Assembly (NCBI GenBank): GCA_031396165.1
Contig: JANNKF010000170.1
Location: 1-49,132 of the forward strand
From: Bacteroidales bacterium
Lineage (GTDB): Bacteria > Bacteroidota > Bacteroidia > Bacteroidales > VadinHA17
Reading direction: 5' to 3'
Length of the DNA: 49,132 nucleotides
A program made the translations under genes and the position numbers. Shown one piece after another: positions 31,988 to 40,084 of this stretch. The notes under the pieces were generated by a model. The model had not been told where the DNA came from, did no database searches, and worked only from the letters and a program-made list of their open reading frames with translations. Numbering within the stretch: the first letter of the stretch is position 1; each line of letters starts with the position of its first letter.

Positions 31988-33655
31988 ATGGTTCACCCCG
32001 GACTTGATAAGAAACTGGCGGGAGTTATCCGATATCTCAGGAAGAACAATTTCCTCAGCATAATTCTTCCTGTTGTTATAGGTGTACTGGCTATTATCTG
32101 GTTTCTGATCAGGGTAATACCAAAACCTTCAAGGGCATCATACCCATGCATGAAACTGGCCTATCCGCTGATGTCCGGACTTGTAATTTGGTTATTGGGA
32201 ATAACCGGTATCTACACTTCATTCAAACTAATAGTAAAGTACATTTCAGTCAGGAAATATATTTTTGCATCAATATCAGTTTTGTCTCTTCTCATTTTTG
32301 GTATCATTCATATTACTCTGCAGACCGGATCTGTAGCAGCAAGTCCGGAGTACAAGGATCCTGTCCATATTGCCAATGAGCCTTTTGGTGAAGCAACCGG
32401 AATAGTTCCCGGTCGGGTTATCTGGAACTGGAACCCGGAGGCAACAAATGAGAATTGTACAAATAATATGAATATCGCCGATGGCTATTTTCTGGATAAG
32501 AATAATAATCAGGATGTTATAGATAAAATGCTATCGGATGTCATGAACTCTGTTTCGGACAGAAAGAATATCAAAGAATCATGGAATGCCCTCTTCACAC
32601 ACTTCAATAGTAAGAAAGGAAGAGGTGAAACCGGATATAAAAATGATCAGACAATTTTTATAAAAGTTAATTACGGTTGTGCCAACTGGAACACTAAACC
32701 CGATCTGACAAGAAAAGACGGATCAAAAGGATATGCTGAAACTTCGCCACAGCTGATTTTGTCTCTGCTCAGGCAGCTGGTGAATACTGCAGGTGTTCCC
32801 CAGGAGAGGATTTTTGTTGCCGACCCTATGGCTCACATTTATTCAGATGTTTTTGATATACTCCACAACGAATTTCCCGATGTAAAATATGGGGATAAGG
32901 CAAGTACTTCAACAGCAATCGGCCGTACTCTGCTTACTCCTGAGAAGACGCCTGCACTGATTTATTCCGATAAAGGTACTGTCCTGACAAAACCATCCGA
33001 TTGTCTTTATTCTGAAATGCAGAATGCTGATTATCTTATAAATATATCTGCCCTGAAGGCACATGGATGTGCGGGTGTTACATTCACAGCCAAGAACCAT
33101 TTTGGTTCAATAGCGAGCAATACTGCTTCACATCTGCATGCTGCACTTGTCGGGTCAAGGAACGACCAGCCTTACAGGGTTGATTACGGTATGTACAGGA
33201 TACAGGTTGACCTTATGAGCAGTAAATACCTGGGAGGCAATACATTATTATATATTGTTGACGGATTATGGGGTGGAACAGAGGCTACTGAAACCCCAGT
33301 AAAATGGCAGATGCCACCATTTAATAATGACTGGCCAAGTTCGCTTTTTGCTTCACTCGACCCCGTAGCCCTCGAATCGGTCTGCTTCGATTTTTTAAGG
33401 TATGAAACAAAAATCGGTCTCCCTCAATGGAAAAACAGGGCAAACATGGCTCAGGGTGTGGATGATTATCTTCACCAGGCAGCTTCAAAGGAAAACTGGC
33501 CAAAAGATATTACTTATGATCCTGATAACAGTGGAAAACCAATCAGCAGTCTCGGCATTCATGAACACTGGAACAATCCGGTGGAGAAAAACTATTCCAG
33601 AAATCTTGGTAAATCTACAGGTATTGAGTTAGTTAAGATTTCTGCTGTTAAGTAG
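31988..33655 (+). CDS. DUF362 domain protein with N-terminal multi-TM anchor
   Basis: 555-aa ORF. It starts 4 nt after the DUF1080 stop. The first ~115 aa contain 3-4 hydrophobic helices. The block INISALKAHGCAGVTFTAKNHFGS matches the DUF362 signature as I remember it. Confidence 0.65.
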   Translation: MVHPGLDKKLAGVIRYLRKNNFLSIILPVVIGVLAIIWFLIRVIPKPSRASYPCMKLAYPLMSGLVIWLLGITGIYTSFKLIVKYISVRKYIFASISVLSLLIFGIIHITLQTGSVAASPEYKDPVHIANEPFGEATGIVPGRVIWNWNPEATNENCTNNMNIADGYFLDKNNNQDVIDKMLSDVMNSVSDRKNIKESWNALFTHFNSKKGRGETGYKNDQTIFIKVNYGCANWNTKPDLTRKDGSKGYAETSPQLILSLLRQLVNTAGVPQERIFVADPMAHIYSDVFDILHNEFPDVKYGDKASTSTAIGRTLLTPEKTPALIYSDKGTVLTKPSDCLYSEMQNADYLINISALKAHGCAGVTFTAKNHFGSIASNTASHLHAALVGSRNDQPYRVDYGMYRIQVDLMSSKYLGGNTLLYIVDGLWGGTEATETPVKWQMPPFNNDWPSSLFASLDPVALESVCFDFLRYETKIGLPQWKNRANMAQGVDDYLHQAASKENWPKDITYDPDNSGKPISSLGIHEHWNNPVEKNYSRNLGKSTGIELVKISAVK

Positions 33656-33663
33656 TTCCTGAT

Positions 33664-34626
33664 TTATTTCGTCAAAGTGTAAAACTCATATCTTATTGTC
33701 CACTCGGTAACTTCACCCGGTTCAGCTTTTATTTTGATATATGGTTCAGGACAAAGTGTCGTTGCACAGTTCCAGTAATTTAGTTTCTGAAATGGTCTGT
33801 CGCATCTTATCCTTACACCTGCACCTGTTTTTCGGTTTTCAATTCTGATATCATAATCCTTTGGATCAGGTCCAAACCCTTTCATCTCACCGCAAAATAC
33901 TGTTTCTCCGTCTTTTACAGTCCGGAGGAACTGAATACTATTGTCTTTAATTTCAGCCAGCTCTCCGATACCCTGACCGGTGCCTGTAATATTGAATGGG
34001 AACTTAATTATAAAATCAGGACCAATCGGCTGATTATCAATAACAAAGAAATTATGATCATAAGCACTTGTTTCAATCGTTTTTGTTCCTGTGTTTTTAA
34101 GTGTATGATGAAGTACAAGTTCGGGCTTATCTTTTGTAAGACTGACTGTTTTCTCATAGTGATATGAGTAGATTTTATCGTTGAGATCATGAATAAATAA
34201 TACCTGGTCTGATTGTTTTTTCACACTCCATGTACCGGCATTTACCACAGGATAAAGTCTGCTGAAAGTGTATGGCTTATCATCAGGTTTTGTGAGTACA
34301 CCCACTCCTATCTTGATGAAATTCTCTCCTGGCTTTGTTTCCGGATAGTCCAGTGCAACGAACTCTTCAACCGGACCCATGATAACATCATGTATTTCAG
34401 GACTATATTTTGCGAACCACTGTCCAAAATAACTGTGTCCTTTATATTCAAGTACAGGCATATTGCCTGACCAGTCGAACCGGGTACCCCTGTAATATCC
34501 TTTCTTTGCATCGGGAAGATAAAATTTTGCATTTATTATACCATTTGTAATCTCTGCCTGTGGAATCTTCATAAACGGTAATGCGCTGATTGTCAGTCCG
34601 GATAAAAAATAATATAGTCTTTTCAT
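33664..34626 (-). CDS. Secreted galactose-mutarotase-like (aldose 1-epimerase superfamily) protein, tentative
   Basis: The track ORF starts at a TTG (34674). The ATG at 34626 gives MKRLYYFLSGLTISALPFM, a signal peptide. LKNTGTKTIETSAYDHNFF and NYWNCATTLCPEPY resemble mutarotase-fold blocks. Recognised by eye. Confidence 0.4.
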   Translation of the reverse strand: MKRLYYFLSGLTISALPFMKIPQAEITNGIINAKFYLPDAKKGYYRGTRFDWSGNMPVLEYKGHSYFGQWFAKYSPEIHDVIMGPVEEFVALDYPETKPGENFIKIGVGVLTKPDDKPYTFSRLYPVVNAGTWSVKKQSDQVLFIHDLNDKIYSYHYEKTVSLTKDKPELVLHHTLKNTGTKTIETSAYDHNFFVIDNQPIGPDFIIKFPFNITGTGQGIGELAEIKDNSIQFLRTVKDGETVFCGEMKGFGPDPKDYDIRIENRKTGAGVRIRCDRPFQKLNYWNCATTLCPEPYIKIKAEPGEVTEWTIRYEFYTLTK

Positions 34627-34670
34627 ACCTTTTAATTTTACTGTTAATATATTAACACAAGAATATTTTG

Positions 34671-35822
34671 TCAACCGTTCTTTGCCACTGCTTCAATTAG
34701 TCCTCTTATGTAACCTGCTGCATACAGGCTCCCAAGTGCACTGTAGCCCGGGCTTTGGTTACTGTCTCCAGCCATTGTCGGCACATGATCGGGACGTAAT
34801 GGACCCTGAAAACCTGTTTCAATATAAGCTTTCATGGCAGCATACATATCTATCTGGCCTTCATCATGAAAGGTCTCTTCAAAATTCATTTTCCCTCCCC
34901 TCACATTTCTGAAATGTACAAAATGAATCAGTTGCTTATTGCCAAATTCCCTGACAAGTGTTGGAATATCTTCACCCATAAGTGAAAAATTTCCCTGGCA
35001 CATTGTAATCCCGTTATTAGGACTGGGGTATATAGCAGCCATTCTTCTGAAAGCATCAGCTGTTGTCATAATTCTTGATATGCCCCTGATGCTCTCGACC
35101 TGGGGATCATCGGGATGCATCGCAAGTTTTATTCCGGCCTTTTCTGCTTCAGGAACAACAGCCTTCAGGAAGTATTCAAGGTTTTTCCAGAGACTCTCTT
35201 TGGATACATCCCCATATTTTGTAAGGGTGTTATCCTTAATATCCTCATAATCAAATGCTGTAACAAGCGCTCCTCCCCTTCCCGGACGATCAGTTGTGGT
35301 ACGTGCCCAGCTGATAACCGGCATCCAGTTATAACAGATTGTATCTATACCAGCCTTTGAGAGATTCTTCATCAGGGTTATGAAGTTTGAGATCTCCTGA
35401 TCCCTTCCTTCAAGGCCAAGCTTAGTTTTTTCACCAAGTGATGGCGGACCCTCAATCACTTCAAGTTTTAATCCTGCTTTTTCCCAGACATTTTTTACAG
35501 CAGAAACTGCCTCAAGATCCCATGAATTAACATTCTGCAGACCTGCCATCCGCGGATTTATTCCACCAACTGCGCCAAGCACATTTAGCTGCTTGCCGAA
35601 CTCAGCCTTTCTCTTTTCAGCTTCCAACCCTCCGAAATAAGCGAAACACATTTTAATCCCTGCGTCGGGAATATACTCTTTTGATTTAACCTTTTTCTTC
35701 GGTAGCATATCATGTAAAACAGAATCACCTGTCAGTCCTGAAACCGATGAATTCATTCCGATAACCGACAGAGCAGCCAGTGCTGTTCCTTTTTTGAGAA
35801 AATCCCTTCTATTATTCTTCAT
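34671..35822 (-). CDS. UxuA-family mannonate dehydratase homologue with Tat signal peptide
   Basis: 383-aa ORF with Tat motif MKNNRRDFLKKGTALAALSV. UxuA blocks align by eye with E. coli UxuA: CYNWMPVISWARTT, FLKAVVPEAEKAGIKLAMHPDDP, ITMCQG, HFVHFRNV, DMY, LRPDH and SPGYSALG. Confidence 0.8.
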   Translation of the reverse strand: MKNNRRDFLKKGTALAALSVIGMNSSVSGLTGDSVLHDMLPKKKVKSKEYIPDAGIKMCFAYFGGLEAEKRKAEFGKQLNVLGAVGGINPRMAGLQNVNSWDLEAVSAVKNVWEKAGLKLEVIEGPPSLGEKTKLGLEGRDQEISNFITLMKNLSKAGIDTICYNWMPVISWARTTTDRPGRGGALVTAFDYEDIKDNTLTKYGDVSKESLWKNLEYFLKAVVPEAEKAGIKLAMHPDDPQVESIRGISRIMTTADAFRRMAAIYPSPNNGITMCQGNFSLMGEDIPTLVREFGNKQLIHFVHFRNVRGGKMNFEETFHDEGQIDMYAAMKAYIETGFQGPLRPDHVPTMAGDSNQSPGYSALGSLYAAGYIRGLIEAVAKNG

Positions 35823-35840
35823 CTTATATAGTTCTGATTA

Positions 35841-37202
35841 TCAAGGTTTAATTATTGTTCCATCACTCGATCTCACCTGCCAGTTCGAACGTGTGTTTAT
35901 CGGATATTTTGCTGCTTCCTTTTCATTTATATCAACTCCAAGTCCGGGCACCTCATTTACCGACATATAACCTTTATTCATTGTAGGGCAACCTGAAAAA
36001 ACCGATTGAAGCTTTTCTGAGAAACTAACCGATTCCTGAATCCCAAAATTCCAGACCGCCAGGTCCATATGGCAATTCGCAGCATGGCCCACAGGAGATA
36101 CATCACCCGGTCCGTGCCATGCAGTTCGTATGTTGAACCACTCACCCAAACGAGCTATTTTCATAGCAGGTGTTATTCCACCAATCTGCGAAACATGAAC
36201 CCGAATATAATCGAACCACTGGTTTACCATAGGCATTTTGAACTCATTAACATTATTGAAAAGTTCACCCATTGCAATTGGCACAGATGTGGTAGCCCGA
36301 AGCTGTTTGAACCACTCCATGTTCTCGGGAGAAAACGGATCTTCAATAAAGAAAGGATTATATTCCTCCACCCTTTTTATAAGATTAATTGCATCTATCG
36401 GTTGAACCCGTTCATGAATATCATGAAGCAGTTCAACTTCCTCACCACATGCTTTACGTACTGCTTCGAACATTTTCGGGACCGAATTAAGATAAGCTCT
36501 CTGATCCATGAAATTATCGGTTGCACCACCAAAGCCCACCTCTTTAAAGTCAGGCTTGGATCCCAAAGTTCCAACCCCGCCATAACCACCAAGCTGGATC
36601 CGGATATGCCTGAATCCCTGTTCCATAAAGCGCTTTACGGATTGGACTACCTCTTCATTTGTCCGGCCGCTGGCATGAGTATAGCATGGAACAGCAAACC
36701 TGGCTTTTCCTCCAAGCAACTGAGGTACAGGCATTCCGGCGCGTTTGCCTTTGATATCCCATAAAGCCTGATCTACACCACTTAGCGCATTATTCAAAAC
36801 CGGACCATTCCTCCAGTAAGAACTGACATAAGCCCCCTGCCACATATCTTCAATATTATCAACATCTTTGCCTGTGCAAAAATCATTCAGGTAACTATTA
36901 ATTGCAGTTATAACGACCTCAGCACGCTGGGTAAAGGTAGCACATCCCAATCCATATAACCCCGGTTCGGTTGTTTCAACTTTAACAACAATAAGGTTTG
37001 ATCCAGCAGGAGCAGTGGCTATTGCTTTCACGCTTTTTATTTTAACGGGAGCCATCCCGCTTGCGTAAGAGGGCTTTACATAATTTTCAGCCCTGGCAAA
37101 TGGCGCACCGAATAGTCCCAACAGTCCGGCAGTTGAACCGGCAGCCAGAAGTTTCATTGCATCGCGGCGGCTGGTTATTGGTTTAGATTCAGAATTTTTC
37201 AT
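35841..37202 (-). CDS. Enolase-superfamily ManD-subgroup (D-mannonate/D-gluconate dehydratase-like) protein with Tat signal peptide
   Basis: 453-aa ORF with Tat motif ITSRRDAMKLLAAGSTAGLLGLFGAPFARA. ManD-type blocks VKVETTEPGLYGLGCATFTQR, SSYWRNGPVLNNALSGVDQALWDIKGK, LLHDIHERV, FFIEDP and AMGELF. Confidence 0.8.
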   Translation of the reverse strand: MKNSESKPITSRRDAMKLLAAGSTAGLLGLFGAPFARAENYVKPSYASGMAPVKIKSVKAIATAPAGSNLIVVKVETTEPGLYGLGCATFTQRAEVVITAINSYLNDFCTGKDVDNIEDMWQGAYVSSYWRNGPVLNNALSGVDQALWDIKGKRAGMPVPQLLGGKARFAVPCYTHASGRTNEEVVQSVKRFMEQGFRHIRIQLGGYGGVGTLGSKPDFKEVGFGGATDNFMDQRAYLNSVPKMFEAVRKACGEEVELLHDIHERVQPIDAINLIKRVEEYNPFFIEDPFSPENMEWFKQLRATTSVPIAMGELFNNVNEFKMPMVNQWFDYIRVHVSQIGGITPAMKIARLGEWFNIRTAWHGPGDVSPVGHAANCHMDLAVWNFGIQESVSFSEKLQSVFSGCPTMNKGYMSVNEVPGLGVDINEKEAAKYPINTRSNWQVRSSDGTIIKP

Positions 37203-37275
37203 CTTTTGTTTTTTAGAATGAATAAAATTACAATAAAACCATCAAAAATTCATCAACATTGGCGTTTAGAATGAA

Positions 37276-37434
37276 TTATTCATAAACTTAGTTAAGATGC
37301 TCTATTCCTTTGTGTTCCTTTGTGCTGTACTTTGTGTTCCTTCGTGGTAAAAAAAAGCTTAACCACAAACCTGCATGCCGGTAGGCAGGGGCGCACTAAG
37401 GATTACACAAAGGATCACAAAGGTTTATGAATAA
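37276..37434. repeat. 159-bp palindromic element (family F4: CCTTTGTG / CACAAAGG words) in a divergent promoter region
   Basis: Termini TTATTCATAAAC (37276-37287) and GTTTATGAATAA (37423-37434) form a perfect 12-bp inverted repeat. The left half has CCTTTGTG x2, ACTTTGTG and CCTTCGTGG. The right half has CACAAAGG x2. The centre has TTAACCACAAA plus hairpin CCTGCATGCCGGTAGGCAGG (37370-37389). Confidence 0.8.
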
Positions 37435-37493
37435 AGCAGGTTAGATCTGTTAAATAGATAAAATTAAATATGTCATTTCTCCTCACAATTACG

Positions 37494-37501
37494 TAAATTT
37501 G
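37494..37501 (+). promoter_or_regulatory. Candidate Bacteroidota -7 promoter box (TAnnTTTG)
   Basis: TAAATTTG lies 34 nt upstream of the ATG at 37535. Confidence 0.35.
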
Positions 37502-37534
37502 GATAGTTCGTTCTGATCATAATACTTAAATATC

Positions 37535-38407
37535 ATGAAAAAACTATCAAGAAGAGAATTTCTGGGCAAAAGTGCACTTGGGATCGGATCGGTTGTTCTG
37601 GCATCCCGTCTCCCTGTTGAGGCATATGGTTCTGAACCTCCGAAACCCGTTAAAATGCCGCTGGGATTTCAGGTCTGGACTGTAAAGGATAAGCTGATTA
37701 AAGATTTTCCGGGAACATTAAAAGAGATTGCGGGTTTAGGATATAAATCCGTTGAGATGTGTTCTCCTCCCGGATATGAGAGTTCTGGGTTTGGACCACT
37801 GATGAAGCTGACAGCCAAAGAGATGAAGAAGATAATTAACGATGCCGGACTCTCTTTTGACAGCACTCATTATGGAATGTCGGAACTGAGAAAGCAGCTC
37901 GATGAACGGATTGCGTTTGCCGGAGAATCGGGTCAGAAACAGATGATACTCTCCAGTTTCGGATTACCAAAAACGGCAACTATGAGCGATTGGATGAAAG
38001 CTGCTGATGAGCTTAATACAATTGGAATGAAAACAAAACAATCGGGAATTCAGATTGGCTTTCACAACCACCATGCCGAATTTGAAAAAATAGATGGTAC
38101 ACTCATTTATGATGAATTGCTCAAACAGTTTGATCCTGACTATGTTAAGATGCAATTCCAGGTTGCAGTTATCAGCATCGGATATAAAGCTTCGGACTAT
38201 TTTACAAAATACCCGGGCAGATTCATCTCCGCACATCTTGCTGACTGGTCACCAACTGAAAAGAAAAATGTAACCCTCGGAAAGGGAATTGTTGATTGGA
38301 AAGAATTTTTCGCCGCGATCGATAAAGGTGGTGTTAAGAACATCTTTGTCGAAATGGATATAGAAACTTTTAAAGATAGTGCAACATTCATTAACTCCGG
38401 TCTTTAG
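37535..38407 (+). CDS. Sugar phosphate isomerase/epimerase (xylose-isomerase-like TIM barrel) with Tat signal peptide
   Basis: 290-aa ORF with Tat motif MKKLSRREFLGKSALGIGSVVLA. TIM-barrel blocks GYKSVEMCSP, IGFHNHHAEF and IFVEMD. Confidence 0.8.
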   Translation: MKKLSRREFLGKSALGIGSVVLASRLPVEAYGSEPPKPVKMPLGFQVWTVKDKLIKDFPGTLKEIAGLGYKSVEMCSPPGYESSGFGPLMKLTAKEMKKIINDAGLSFDSTHYGMSELRKQLDERIAFAGESGQKQMILSSFGLPKTATMSDWMKAADELNTIGMKTKQSGIQIGFHNHHAEFEKIDGTLIYDELLKQFDPDYVKMQFQVAVISIGYKASDYFTKYPGRFISAHLADWSPTEKKNVTLGKGIVDWKEFFAAIDKGGVKNIFVEMDIETFKDSATFINSGL

Positions 38408-38439
38408 GCCGGAGATAACCTAATCAAAATACTTTAAAA

Positions 38440-39948
38440 ATGGCACGTTCAAAACAAATTAATCGTCGTGAATTTCTGGGATCAGCCGCAGCTGCTTCCC
38501 TCGCTATTACAATTGTTCCCCGTCAGGTTCTTGGTGGTAAGGGTTATATAGCCCCAAGTGATAAAGTAACTCTTGGATACATAGGATGCGGAACACAGGG
38601 TTTGAGAGAGATGGCATCTCTCATTGCAAATCCGGCATTGCAGATCGTTGCCGTATGCGACCCTAACAAATTCACCACCGATTATGTGGACTGGTCAGCC
38701 AATGATGTCAGGAATGGTATCAGAAAGGCATTAGGCGATAATACCTGGGGTGAAGCAATAAAAGGTATTCCCGGCGGAAGGGACATCGGTCAGGAATTTG
38801 TCCAGAAATACTATGGAAAAGCCAAAGATTCAGGCACATACAAAGGATGTGCATCTTATGAGGATTTCAGGGAATTGCTTGAAAAAGAAAAAGACCTGAA
38901 TGCTATAAAAATCATGACTCCTGATCATTTGCATGGAACTGTTGCAATTGCATCCCTTAAAAAAGGGAAACATGTGGTAACTCATAAACCAATTGCCAAC
39001 AGGATGCATGAAGCAAAACTTCTGATCGATACTGCTAAGAAAACCGGTCTGAGCACACATCTTCTTGCCTGGAGTAACAGACCTGATTATCTGATCATCA
39101 AAAAGTGGATTGACGAAGGAAAAATCGGAAAACTAAAAGAGATTCATAACTGGTCCAACAGACCTGTGTGGCCACAGTGGCAGGCAAATCCGGTTGAAAC
39201 TGTTCCGGTACCAAAAAACTTTAACTGGGATCTCTGGCTTGGACCTGTTCCTGACCGTCCTTATCATCCTAATTACACACATGCAGTGTTCCGTGGGTGG
39301 TATGACTTTGGCGCAGGAAGTATTGCAGATATGGGGCATTACAGCCTTTTCCCGTTATTTCTTGCGCTCGGAATAAATAAACCGGCAATCAGCGCCGAAT
39401 CATATGCCACAACAACATGTGCCCTGCAAAACAATGTATCCGTAGGGGTTAAAAATGATGTGGCTTTTCCTTTATCCTGCATGGTAAGATTTAAGTTTGA
39501 AGCACAGCCAACACTTCCTGCTTTCGACCTGTATTGGTACGATGGAGGTATGAGACCATTCCCCACACCGGATCTGGAAGCTGTAGGGAAAACATTTGAA
39601 AGGGAAGGAATGATGTTTGTGGGTGAAAAAGGAAGAATAGTAGCCGGATTCAGAGGAGAGAAACCTGTGCTTTATGCAAATGGAACAACTGCGGTGGGAG
39701 AACCGGTAACTGCAGCAAGTCTCGCACAGGATAGTAACGATGTATGGATCAACTCATTCAGGAACAATACCCAGTCCCCGGGTAGTTTTCTATATGCCGG
39801 ACCGGTAACTGAAACCATACTTTTGGGTGGAGTAGCATTGAGGGCAGGTAAAAAGGTTGAATATGACACAGTTAATATGAAAATCAGCAATCTGCCGGAT
39901 GCGAACAAGTACCTCGTAAGGGAGTATCGTAAGGGTTGGGAACTTTAG
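38440..39948 (+). CDS. Gfo/Idh/MocA-family NAD(P)-dependent oxidoreductase with Tat signal peptide
   Basis: 502-aa ORF with Tat motif SKQINRREFLGSAAAASLAITIV. Rossmann start LGYIGCGTQGLREM. Also IMTPDHLHGTVAIASLKKGKHVVTHKP. Confidence 0.85.
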   Translation: MARSKQINRREFLGSAAAASLAITIVPRQVLGGKGYIAPSDKVTLGYIGCGTQGLREMASLIANPALQIVAVCDPNKFTTDYVDWSANDVRNGIRKALGDNTWGEAIKGIPGGRDIGQEFVQKYYGKAKDSGTYKGCASYEDFRELLEKEKDLNAIKIMTPDHLHGTVAIASLKKGKHVVTHKPIANRMHEAKLLIDTAKKTGLSTHLLAWSNRPDYLIIKKWIDEGKIGKLKEIHNWSNRPVWPQWQANPVETVPVPKNFNWDLWLGPVPDRPYHPNYTHAVFRGWYDFGAGSIADMGHYSLFPLFLALGINKPAISAESYATTTCALQNNVSVGVKNDVAFPLSCMVRFKFEAQPTLPAFDLYWYDGGMRPFPTPDLEAVGKTFEREGMMFVGEKGRIVAGFRGEKPVLYANGTTAVGEPVTAASLAQDSNDVWINSFRNNTQSPGSFLYAGPVTETILLGGVALRAGKKVEYDTVNMKISNLPDANKYLVREYRKGWEL

Positions 39949-40084
39949 GTGATTTAATGCTCGTTATCAGTCAATAAGGAGGTTATGATTTAGTAATAGT
40001 GAACAGAATCATTGATTTCTGACTTTTTTTTCTGATATTGCAGCATCGAATAATGTAGATAAAATATAACCAAACAATTAAATT

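Noticed and set aside
26730-39948. Canonical polysaccharide utilisation locus (PUL)
   Set aside because: There is no SusC/SusD pair, no hybrid two-component or ECF/anti-sigma regulator, and no transporter in or next to the island. It is treated as a different kind of cluster.
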